From Syncephalis fuscata S228 (taxonomy: Eukaryota; Fungi; Zoopagomycota), in contig JAHLTZ010000036.1 of the NCBI GenBank assembly GCA_025786725.1, forward strand, positions 1 through 64,000: 64,000 nt of DNA. Direction: 5' to 3'. Below, piece by piece: positions 52,795 to 64,000 of this stretch. The first letter of the stretch is position 1, and every line of letters starts with the position of its first letter. The notes below the pieces were generated by a model that worked only from the letters and a program-made list of their open reading frames with translations, made no database searches and was not told where the DNA came from. The translations under genes were made by a program, and so were the position numbers.

Positions 52795-53493
52795 TTAATT
52801 GAGTAGAGCAATGCATTCAATTTCAACAAGAACATCTCGAGGCAGACGAGCTACTTCAAATGCTGAACGGGCAGGGCGATGGTTACCCATTTCCTATATA
52901 TAATATAAATATAAATGAATTATTAGTATAAAAAACCAAATAAAAGCGTATTTGTGTTATCACCTTAGCGTAGACTTCATTAAAGTCAGCAAACTGATTC
53001 ATATCCTTAAGGAATACTGTCGTTTTGCAGACACGGGTAAGGTCGATATTGGCTGCACGCAATACAGCATTTATATTGCGGAATACTTGTTCCTAGTATT
53101 AATTATACATACGTTGTTGGCTTTGATAGAATATTACGCGTTAATAGTAAAGTTACCGTTTGTTCACGAACACCACCGGGTACAACATCGCCTGTCTTTG
53201 GATCAAGCGGGACTTGGCCAGAGCAGTATAGGAAGCCGTTGGCGGCTATGGCTTGGGCTATTAGAGAGAAAGGTAACGTAATTAATAGGTGTATTTTAAT
53301 ATAAATAGCGTCGCGTTCTCTACTTACAATAAGGACCGATAGCAGCGGGTGCATCTTCCGTGTGAACGACTTGGAGTTGGCTTGACATGGCGCGACGTGG
53401 TGCAGTAAAGCTTGAAGCAGTAGAAGATAAAGCGGTGGGCTTTAAGTGCGTAGCAAGAAGAGTTAAACGACGTGTGTGGCTGCTAGATAGCAT
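52795..53493 (-). CDS. MMF1: RidA/YjgF/UK114 enamine deaminase (Mmf1-like) with mitochondrial presequence
   Basis: [54 protein letters not shown]. Confidence 0.93.
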
Positions 53494-53810
53494 TTAATAA
53501 CAACGATAACAGCTTTGAAGAAGGAAACACGGTAGCGATGGTGACGTGGACAAAAATACGCTATTATTTTGGGGCAATCATTTGTACGATTACCATTTAT
53601 GAAATATTAATTGTTACATTTTTAGTATAAGACTAGGCACGACTATTCAATTAATAAAGATAATAATCAATATTGTTCAATAGCATCCGTAATAAACTTG
53701 CGTTAATAGAAAGTAGAATTAATAAAATACAATAGTAAATTGGATATAGTACATTGTCTAAATTCTAAACCTGTATTTAAACATTTAGATTAAACGCGTT
53801 GTTTATTTTG

Positions 53811-54909
53811 TTACTTTTCAATAACTTCTACTGGCTTAGGAGCTTCAATAATAAAACCATCAATGGCAGGCATTAAACGCTCTAAACAAGCATCAAGCGC
53901 TGACTTATCCTGACCAACAAGCGATATGATAACTCGTGGTGTACGCGTAATAGTAGTAGTAGTAGTTACTTCTCCGTCCGTTGCTGGTACAGATACTACT
54001 ACTGGTGCGGCTGTAGCTTTTGATTCACTAAGCAATGACATGGGTCCACCACAAGGATAGCTACCAATCTTGACACTGCCACGAACATCTGCTTGTTCCA
54101 TCTTTAGTATATCAGCAATTTGCGACTCTACTCTTTCCGTGCCTATTTGTAAGCGATAAAACGGGCTAATAGCCGCATCATTCTTTAACACGGCAGGCAG
54201 CGCTACTTCTAATAAACGACGGAATAAAACGGGCACCCCTGGAAGGATATGCACCTTTTCGTTAATAACGACGACCGGCGTCCATAAATGTTTATCGGAT
54301 GCAAAGTGGACGGCCACATTAGGTCCACTAGGCTGCCAGGCCATACGACGACGCCGTTGAAGATCTTCTTCAGTAAGTTTAACATCGTTTAGTCGTGGAT
54401 TAGCGCGCATTCTAGTCCATGTCGGCTCGTGCATAGCCATTGGCAGATCGAATGCAGCCGCAATCGATTCATACGTAATATCATCGTGTGTCGGTCCTTA
54501 TCAACAAGCATTATCAATAACTAATAGCTATTTATTGCCAATACTTACCTATACCACCACAGGTATATACGACATCAAAGCGATTAGCAAGTCGATGTAC
54601 TGATTCACCAATATCTGCTTTATCGTCTGGTACTACTTCAATTCGGCGCAAATCAATACCTCGTTCAAAACACCATTTTGCTATTAGTCGTAGGGTAAAT
54701 ATAATACACACCAAAATGCACGTTTACCACTTACCAAGATACTGTGAATTGGTATCAATTGTTTTCCCATTAAGGACTTCATCGCCAATTACACAGATAC
54801 CAGCAGTATGGGATGTAAAAGGACGCGATAGTGGTGATAATAAAGGCGATGCCATTCTTATACGAGTAGATACCGATGGTGGCTTTAATCTATTCAACCT
54901 ACACAGCAT
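53811..54909 (-). CDS. MoCF-biosynthesis/CinA-like domain protein (FAD diphosphatase-like)
   Basis: ICVIGDEVLNGKTIDTNS, IEVVPDD, TCGGIGPTHDDITY, ILPGVP, KIGSYP. Confidence 0.85.
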
Positions 54910-55115
54910 TGTGGTATGGTTGGTTGGTTAGTCAGCTATTCGGAAAAGGGTACAAGTTAATTGACTATGATCAAATGTTACTAAACAGTGAAAGAAAGGT
55001 TAAACAAATGTTTAATCAAACAGTGGATCGTTAATTAACACACATTATATTAATTTCATTTAATAATGTTTATTAAAATTTCTACAAATAGTTTTCTTAT
55101 TTATACTTCATTGTC

Positions 55116-56840
55116 TTAGCGTTTATTATGATGTCGCTGTGATGACTGATCATAACTATTATTATTATTGTTGTTGTTGCTGTAGGATCGACGTGATTTG
55201 TAATCATCAGATGATTTAGTATCCGTATTGGTGGCGTGGTGTGTTTGATGCCGGTGTCTTTTACGCTGTCTATGGCTATCCGAGTAAGACGATCGTCGTC
55301 GACTTGAGCTTCTACTACGACTACGACTACGACTACGACTACGACTACGATGTCTTCGATGTCGATGACGATGTCGATCCGTTTCATCTAATGAATCGCC
55401 ACGATGTACATCCGATGTGGCATCAGATTCATCAGCTATTTGATCTTTATCAGTTGATAGCGTATGAGCTGCTTGAGCCAATAATTCTTCAGGATCAGGC
55501 ATAATAAAATCGCCCTATATACATATACTGCTTAATGGTTCATCTCTATTTATTATCAATTGACTTACCTCAGGCTGTATAGTAATTGAATGGGCCAATG
55601 CATATTTAGTCTTTGTCATTGATGGATTCACCGTTTTTGTACTAGATGTATTCTTTGCATTTGTTAACATATCTGCTTGTGATGTTGTTGTTGTCGGTAC
55701 CGGTGTTGTTGGTCCAGGACGACGTTCCCGATCATGTGTCTTTATCATAGCCGGTGTTACTAGTCGATCCAGCGTATTAAGTTGCTTTTGTACATGTTCA
55801 TTGCCAGTATCTAATTCAACGGCTTTTTTATACTCGCGTTGTGCCTCTACATATCGTTTGTGTTCAAAGTAGCTATCATACTAATTAGTATTTATTACAC
55901 CAATACATTAACACTTACCCATCAGCACGAGCAACAAATGCTTCACTACAAGCCGGTGATATTTGTAGTGCTTGTTGATACTTTTTAAATGCTTCTGCCA
56001 TATTGCTCTGTCCCGCCAGTTTCCTTCCTTCCTTCACGCTGCATATATCATCCATCAATCTACAGTGCTCTATACAATAATCTACACTTACACTGAATTA
56101 GCCCATAACAGATTTTGTCTTTTTCTTAATGTCATGTAATTAATATTCTGCATTGATCGACGCCACTGATCTCGATCAATTCTATCAAGAAATCCTCGTC
56201 CTATTTGTAGCCCGAATCGATCTCGTAGTCGTTGTTCTATTTTATCCCCTTCACCGGCCATCATACGTCGTTCCGTGGTCTGTTTACTATGACAAGGTGC
56301 ATAGAGTGCCTCCACTGTTGATCCATACCACGAATCACTTTTAGGCATAAGTGAGAAAGTGGTGGTGGCCGCTTGTTGTTGTCCGCGATAGCCTTGTTTA
56401 CTCTCTTTGCTAAAGGCCGTTTTAAACTTATCCATTTTCGCTTTACACGAAGAAGACCATGCATTGATACGAATAGACTCGTCCAGTGCTTTCTCCGTTG
56501 CTGCCGCCTCCAACTGCTGTTCCTCCAGCTCATTGTTCTGTCTTTTCTGCTCTTTGTAATTTGTTCGATATCTTACACTGGTGGGTGTTCTAGTGCGTGT
56601 CTCCTCCACCGTAGACGATACAGATCTGGTTGGTTGCGTAGTTGAACATTCTGGCAATTCTATAGATCCTAATGACTGGAAAACGGCATCAATAGTATCA
56701 GCCGCCGAATCAAGTACACTTCCTATGGTTAATCGATTGAATAATCAATATAGAATGAATATACCGTCAATCATAGCATAACCACGCCTACCTTGATTGG
56801 AACACGATTCCTTTGATACATTCTCATTAATCTGTGCCAT
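55116..56840 (-). CDS. TTC14-like TPR protein with RS-rich C-terminus
   Basis: YMTLRKRQNLLWANSVKEG, KYQQALQISPACSEAFVARA, EYKKAVELD; SR dipeptide tail. Start exon uncertain. Confidence 0.7.
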
Positions 56841-56989
56841 AGCTATTGAAGTAATAAAATAAATAAAAGAATGCAAAATCAGAAAAGAATTGAATGGTGC
56901 CTACTCAGTTACTATTGTGATTACAAGTGTTTTAAATGGCCATTTAATTGCCTTTATTTAGATGTGGTCACCGTGTGTTAATGAATCAA

Positions 56990-59403
56990 TTATTTAGATA
57001 CAATATTCTTGTTGGTTTTCAGTGCCGGGTTCATCGATTTGGCAGTGGATTTAACCGGCTTTTTAGACTCTGAAGGTTTCCATTTAGATGGTGGCAATTT
57101 AGTTTTTGGATCCTTTGATCTGTTACTGAACGGTGATGGCAGTTTATTCGTAGATGGTTTGGGTGAAGCAGCTCTACGACGATGATGATAGGGCGAATCT
57201 ATCGTGGATGCGGTATTATTTGGACTAACTACCGTATCTGGTTTAGAATAAATAGTATCAGCTAGTGAGATGCTAGATGCTTCATCGCTCATAGGTGGAG
57301 ATAGTGGTGTAGACTGACGAGGTGATCGTTTTGATAATGTTCCTTTTACCGATAAATGGCGCATATCATCCGTAAGATGATCTATTGATTTTGACTCCAT
57401 TGTTCTAGACCAAGAAGTAGATGTATTACTCGTATCATCCATATCCATTGCTAGTGGTATTGCTGAATTGTATACTTGTCGATTTGTTTGATTAAGAAAG
57501 TGTCGTTTATGCATACTTAAACCTCGATGAGGGGAGGATCTAATTAAATAGGTTAAATAAAGATCATATGTAATAAACTACTTGCCTTCCATTAAGATTG
57601 TTGGCACCAATATAAGGCTGGTCCAATAACACATCAAGCAGATCATTAATACAACCCACAACTGTGCCATGGGATCCTATGCCTGGACCACCTGCCCCTT
57701 CGTACAAATAAATAACTCTATCGCCTAGTCTAAATTGCTGTCTAGATAGAAATTCGTATTCTCTTTTTGGATCGAGTATCATCTATAATAGGCATTTATA
57801 TGGTATTAATAAGCATGTTCTTGATAATTATTACTCTATATTACCTCAATCGATACATTGTGGAATATAATTGGACCTGGATCCATTATATGATCAAAAT
57901 TGGGTGAAGCTTTGATTGATTTTTCAATTGCCCGAACTGTTTCCTATAATCAATTATAAATTAAATACTTATTAATATATACATGTATTTACTTACTTTG
58001 CTTAATGCATTGGTATTTAAACTAACCATGACTGATCTTCCATTCCCGTTTATTTAGCCATTCTAGTATTTGATTAATCCGGTTCATTGGATTACTAGAT
58101 GGAAATAGTGATTGTATTGATACAGTATCTAAATAAACGTTAGTATTTAAACTAATTTATTTATTATTAATTACCTGGACCATTAAATCGTCTTAATGCA
58201 TCAATAAGATCAGGAAATATATTCTAATAATAATAATGCCAATAATTAAATACTTATTAGTAAATAGTAACACTAACTTACACAATATTCTTCAATGGCT
58301 TTACAGGCCTGTGTAGAATATTCCCATCCTTGTAATGTCATACGTGTATATCCATCTATTTTCATTCGTTTGGCATGGGCTTTTAGATAGAGGCCAATAT
58401 TATGGCGTTTTTTTGTTGTTTCATCTTCAACTAGTAGACATGAAGTGATGCGGCTCAGCATGAATTGATCCATTTTAAGTTTACGAGCTAGTATCATTGT
58501 TGGGACGTAGTTTTCTCGACGACCTGCATCGCTTGTAGCAAGCCTGGATATCTTGCGTGGATAAACGTAGTATGATTTAAGAATCTATGGTTATATCTAT
58601 GGTTATTATCACTGACTAGTTAATACAGTATAATAGAACTTGCATCAAATTTGACCGAGAATGTTGTATCTGCGTGTTTAAATACTTTGGCTGGATAACC
58701 ATAGTAATCAATACCTAAAAAGATAATATGGCTATCAATAGGGAATTGTTTCTCAATAGACCGGAATGGTAATTGCACCTATATTAACACCAGTGTTACT
58801 AGGATTGATATTATATAGATTTAATACAACTTTACCATAGAATCGGTCTCTTTTGTGCAAGGATCCTTTATAAGCATATGGATTGGATATAGGATTTCTG
58901 GTTCATATTTAACGTATTTATATTCAAGTGCACCGTCGACATCTCTAAAAGTTTCTATAGTAAATGAATATTAGATACAAATAAATACCATTGAATGATT
59001 AAGTGATTAGTTACCTTTTAGCGGTCTTATATGGGCCAGTTGAAATAGCGGTGGTAGTTCGATGGCGGCCTTGCTTTTGTAATCATTGATCACGGCACGC
59101 ATATCTACTTGCCACTTCTGAGCATCTTTAGGTGTATGCTTTATTGTTGTTATTTCGCCCTGTTTATCCAATTCATAACGGGCATGTTTATCAGAGATGG
59201 CGGCCACTTGTCCCCGATGACCATACGGCCAATCTATTAATGATTTAATAATAGAATTAATAAATTAGTACCATTTACTATAGTAATACGTATATAATTA
59301 CTTACAAAATAGTACTTTTACCCCCAAATACTTTTGAGCTACTGATTCGGTTTCAGTTTCTGGATAGGCTGGTTGAAGTATCGTAACTGCAAATCTATAT
59401 TAA

Positions 59404-59447
<44 letters not shown>

Positions 59448-62328
59448 CAAATAAATGATCAAATGTATTACCTAGTTACTATTCGATCAACACGATGTCC
59501 ATATTGACAAGTTTGAACTTTTAATGGTATATTCATCATAGTAGGACAGACAAGCTTTGTTGTTTCAATCATACTATCCTCTACTGATAGTTGAGGTACA
59601 TAAGTTGGTTGTTTTACCACAGGTGGTGGTATGCTTTGTAATTCACTTTTACAGCGTGATTTCCATTTATCTATGCCGAATAGTCAGTGTTAAGTGATAT
59701 TAATCCAAGCATTATATTTACCAGGAAATAGATCTGGTTTAGGCGATCTTGCTAAATGATCTGGCATTGGTGTATGTTTAAATTGATAAATACGACCTGT
59801 TTCCATACGTAATCGTTCTTTATAAGAGAGTGCCATCTCATGTGCTATATAGTATTACAGGTTATTCATTAAATGTATTATACCTATTAGTATATGATTA
59901 CCCGACATGGCTTTTTGTAATCGGGCCAGATCAATAATGGGTAATTGAAATATGGCCTCCCACGGTGCTAATTTCCCATTATAATCTATTTCAATAGAGC
60001 TAGGATAGTAATCGATAATAGGTGATGTTGCATCACGCATTAAACGCTAACACCCATAAATATAGACGTTAATATTAAGTACAAAATAGTTCAAATAATC
60101 TTACTTGGTATGGATGTGGTACAAGTCGGTAACTAAACGATGGTAATACCATCATAATGAACTCAAATATACCAAGGGGAGAACCCAATTCAAAGTCAAC
60201 ATTGACATCACTTAAATTCACCATATCGATAATACGTGGTGCATAATTGTATGGATAGTGCCATTGCCATGACGGTACACCATGATAGTAGAGATGCATG
60301 CACCATTGAAGACCACGAGCATATTCGTGTACTACTTGCTGTACTTGAGATGCATCATTATGATCGATATCAAATTTCTATTATAAATCATCATTAGTAT
60401 CCGTATAATTGATGGTTATCAATGACGGTAATTACTTTGTAATAAAATTCCTTTAAATAATTTAACCATTTAGGCCTAATGGCCCCACTTGCTTCATCTT
60501 CCCAATGTGATCGATGTCCACACGGTTCACACATATCAAATAAAGATTGTAACTCTGTAGTATAATCTGTCCCGTTTCTTTCTTCTCCCTCTTCTCCCTT
60601 TTCATCATCATCAGCAGTATTGTTGTTATTATTGTCGTGGTTATAGTTTTCTTTGGCCAATTCAACCGTATATGGTGTTTATGTGGTTTATGCGTTGACG
60701 GTGCCGATACTGTTTCATAGGCCAGTGATAATTGTTGACAAGTGGCATCGAGTAGGGTCCACATGGGATCTGATGATACAGATGGCATTTTAAGAGATAT
60801 GATACGCTCATTAGGCTGTTCCATAAAATCACGTATACGTATAAGCATATCCATATCACATAGACTACGACTTGTTTGCTCGACATCATCAATGGCCTCT
60901 TCCATAAGCATTTGGGCATCAAATCCATGAAATAGTCTTAATAGCTTTTCTAGTTGTCCAAAATGGATATCTCCCCGATAACTAAGGTATCCTCCAAGGG
61001 TAGGTAATGATTTGTTATAGATTTCAAACAATTTACCCAATGCATCTTCATGTACATGTAATTCCGGTAAATGTGGTAAATAATCACTGCCTACCAGTGT
61101 AGCCAGTAGTATATAGTCATCGATAACATTTTCAATATCAAATCGAGCGCCCATTATCTTCTTGGCTGATTCAAACTCTAATTGAATATAATCCCGTAAT
61201 AAACATGTATGCCAGAACTGAAATGTTTGTGCTTCAACCACACTATCAATTCATTAGTATGACAGCCATATCTATCGGCTATGTAATGGCTTACTGTCGT
61301 ATAGTTGGATGTACACCTAGCCTTATTTTCTCTCTAATAATGGTGATATACGGTAGATGGAGTGTCATGGCAAGTATTAATGGATCTGGGCTTGGACTGT
61401 AGATACAATGACGTGTATCGCGTGAATATTCATTCTGTATATATTTACGCCGTATATCTTCCATTATCTTGTGTTCGCCTTCACCAGGGATCTAGTCAGT
61501 ACTAAGTATATAGCACTTGTTATTACTTTGTGAATGGCTTACATCATTACTGGATAGAACAACAGTAACTGAGTGCCATGTCGCATCGTCAGCTACCTTA
61601 CAAGCTAGAAAGTAACGTAGCCATTCAGAAAGCCGATCCATAAATCCCGTGCCTAATAAGCAACGAATTATATAGTTAGTTACAGTACAATAAAGTATGG
61701 TAATCTACTTGCCACCCATTAAAGCGTTATTGTCACCAACTTTATCGAAAGAGACCGTTTGTCCCGCATCTCTGGCCTTTTTCGCCAAGTCCTGTTGTAC
61801 CTTGGCGTATAAATACGATTTACACCGTATTCTAGTCATTTTTGCTCGTGGGGGCACACCTATGATCATTCATATTAATATGTATATTGACACACAAATA
61901 ACAACTGTAATCATATAATTACCATTGATGGCCAAATAACAATAGCGACGGGGACGTACTAGTTGAAATAAGTGATCGATATAATGACAAACATCGGCAA
62001 ATATCTCATTCTCTTCAACGGCCGGTCCTACGTCACCATCAATTGGATATGCACAATACCGAATAATGCCACTCAAATCAATATAGAACGTATCTATCAA
62101 CAGGAACAAATGAGTCATTCGTTAAAGCCATCTACTATAGAATCAGCTTACCAAATGGTGTTGGAATAGTTGCTTGCGTCGTTTTATCTAAAGTTTGGCA
62201 GCACAGCGGATACCGCTCACTAATACATAAATATAGAAATAAGCCTGTGATTACTCATCGACCATTCAATGATAACACGCTACTTTTAATAGTTACCTCA
62301 TCCATCTAAAAAACTTTGGTTTTCCCAT
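56990..62328 (-). CDS. XRN1: Xrn1-family 5'-3' exoribonuclease, highly divergent; 1-nt frameshift near 60653
   Basis: MGKPKFFRWMSERYPL, PRAKM, PGEGEHKIM, LLRDYIQLEF, VGSDYLPHLP, YYHGVPSWQWHYPYNYAP, SPIIDYYP, plus Xrn1-specific C-terminal domains (NIGLYLK, GWEYS, FRLGDRV). Confidence 0.9.
59404..59447. repeat. (ATT)n microsatellite in an Xrn1 intron
   Basis: Seen directly. Confidence 0.95.
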
Positions 62329-62859
62329 CAGATGACAGTAATCTGAAAATGCCAATAAAATAGAGAAATAGATACAAAGTGGTGACGTTCTTTATTAAAC
62401 AATTAATTAATTATTTCATTGTTTTAAACATTTTACGTATTTTACACTATTTAGTATCACTTATAGCGGACACTTTATTATTACGTATTTTGAACAAAAA
62501 AGATCTATTCATAGTAATAAAAGGGCTGTACTATCTCTACTAGGGCCTTATAAAATATAAAGTTCAGTTAATTTTATTTTATTTTGTTTTAATCAAAGTC
62601 AAGCACTTCATAAACTACCATGCATCAACCATGTGTACATAGGCCCATGCTATTCCAATGTTTCTAGGCCCTGTGTCTATTCATCTATAGTATGAGCGTA
62701 TCTATGTGGATGAATAGGTGAACAGGAAGAATATTTCTCTTCTTAATTGTATATAAGGTCAGTGAATTACTGTCACAATTCAGAGTCCGTCCTTGACTTC
62801 ATTGATTGATTTTGCTATCCATGCTGTAGCGCGTTATCTCGTCTATTCTTTCCCTTTAG

Positions 62860-64000
62860 TCTACTGCTACTCTACTACTACTACTACTACTTTACTACTA
62901 CTATTATTATAGTTGCAACAATAGCATTATTGCTATAAAGCATATTAATACACGTTATTACTTTGAATCTATTTATTAAATTCATTGTTTTGTTGAATCA
63001 AGTCAACTAAATCACTTTTCTGATTCCACTAGAGTCGATATCAGAAATTCATCACCTGTATCGACGTGCAGGGTTTACTGGCTAATTGGTAAGAGCATGG
63101 ATATGCATGCTGTATCATTGAGTTTGCTATTATGACTATTATCAGTATTACTATTAGTAGAAATATAGTAGTATGGATGGAGGACAGGCCATGTGCTATT
63201 CACTCATGGTTATGTAGCGTGTGTATTTATGTGTGTGTGTGTGTGTGTGGATGGGTGGATGGGTGGGTGTGTGGACTGCCTTGAATGATTGATGCCCAAC
63301 TTGGTTGTACTCTTTCCTGTTTAGCATTAAATTCAGAGGGCGTAAATGAAAGAGTGAAAGTGAGCGTGAGTAAGTGAGTGAGTGACTAATAGTAAAAGTG
63401 AAAGTGAACTTTTGATAGCTTGGTGGCTTGAATGAACGCGACTACGTAAGTTTACTTTACCTTATACTTATTCAACATCTATTTGTCTATCTATCCATTA
63501 ATCTACTCGCCTATCTATCTGTCTGTCATTTCATCGGTCAGTCTATCGTTTATTCATTCTATTTGTAAGTTGTCTTCATTTCTTTATTGTGTCTAGGTTG
63601 CACACATCAACATTGAGGTCACCGTTGTAGAAACACACACACACACACACACAACGTGCCAGCCATTCTTCTCCTCTACTTCTACTTCTACACTTCTACT
63701 TCTACTACTGCATTTGTATGCATTTATACGGCTTGCTTATAACTGTTGATTGTTACTGTCCAAATTCATCTAACCTTTCTTTCTCTTTGAACACACAAAC
63801 CGTAACTTGTGCTGACGTAGTTGAAAGACGCCGTTCTATTACTATTTTGTAGTTTCATCTATTGGTCATTATTTCGCTACTCTTTACTGCTTCTAGTCGG
63901 CCATTCCTTCTAGGCTATTGTTTAGCAGTTGGCGATTCGTTTAATATTGCGGCTGTAGTGACTTAATCTTTGTGCTGAACCATTAGATTAAGTACATGCG
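62860..64000 (+). promoter_or_regulatory. Probable promoter and spliced 5' leader of a gene beyond the window; (CTA)n, (GT)n and (AC)n microsatellites
   Basis: No ORF; GTAAG donors near 63089, 63446 and 63565; pyrimidine-rich tracts. Confidence 0.4.

Overview
This is eukaryotic, AT-rich, intron-dense DNA (introns mostly 45-75 nt). Gene content (velvet, Mgm101, Loc1, DHCR24) suggests an early-diverging fungus, probably Zoopagomycota or Mucoromycota; this is inference. About 25 spliced genes are recognisable: insulysin 3' end, ACSF3-like acyl-CoA synthetase, S1 protease, beta-carbonic anhydrase, MFS transporter, VosA-type velvet, HTD2, TRAPPC12, DHCR24, Loc1, an orphan multi-TM protein, LysRS, Nudix, Med6, RCC1-like, FKBP, two small secreted paralogues, Mgm101, BPL1, ALKBH1, ARF6, RidA, CinA/MoCF-like, TTC14-like and Xrn1. 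Most notable observations: (1) Two copies of the 3' end of a Fanzor (eukaryotic TnpB-like RNA-guided nuclease) element. They share a ~230-nt non-coding tail with hairpins that ends abruptly at the same point before different flanks, the layout expected for omega-RNA/guide loci. (2) A full-length Xrn1 with substituted metal-binding and 5'-phosphate-pocket residues, a candidate pseudonuclease. (3) A single-domain FKBP with a decayed FKBP52-type TPR module 2 kb downstream, between two effector-like paralogues that share a nearly identical promoter block. At least nine frameshifts in otherwise conserved genes are single-base losses, mostly in homopolymers, and are most likely assembly errors. All alignments and translations were done by eye; exon borders are approximate.
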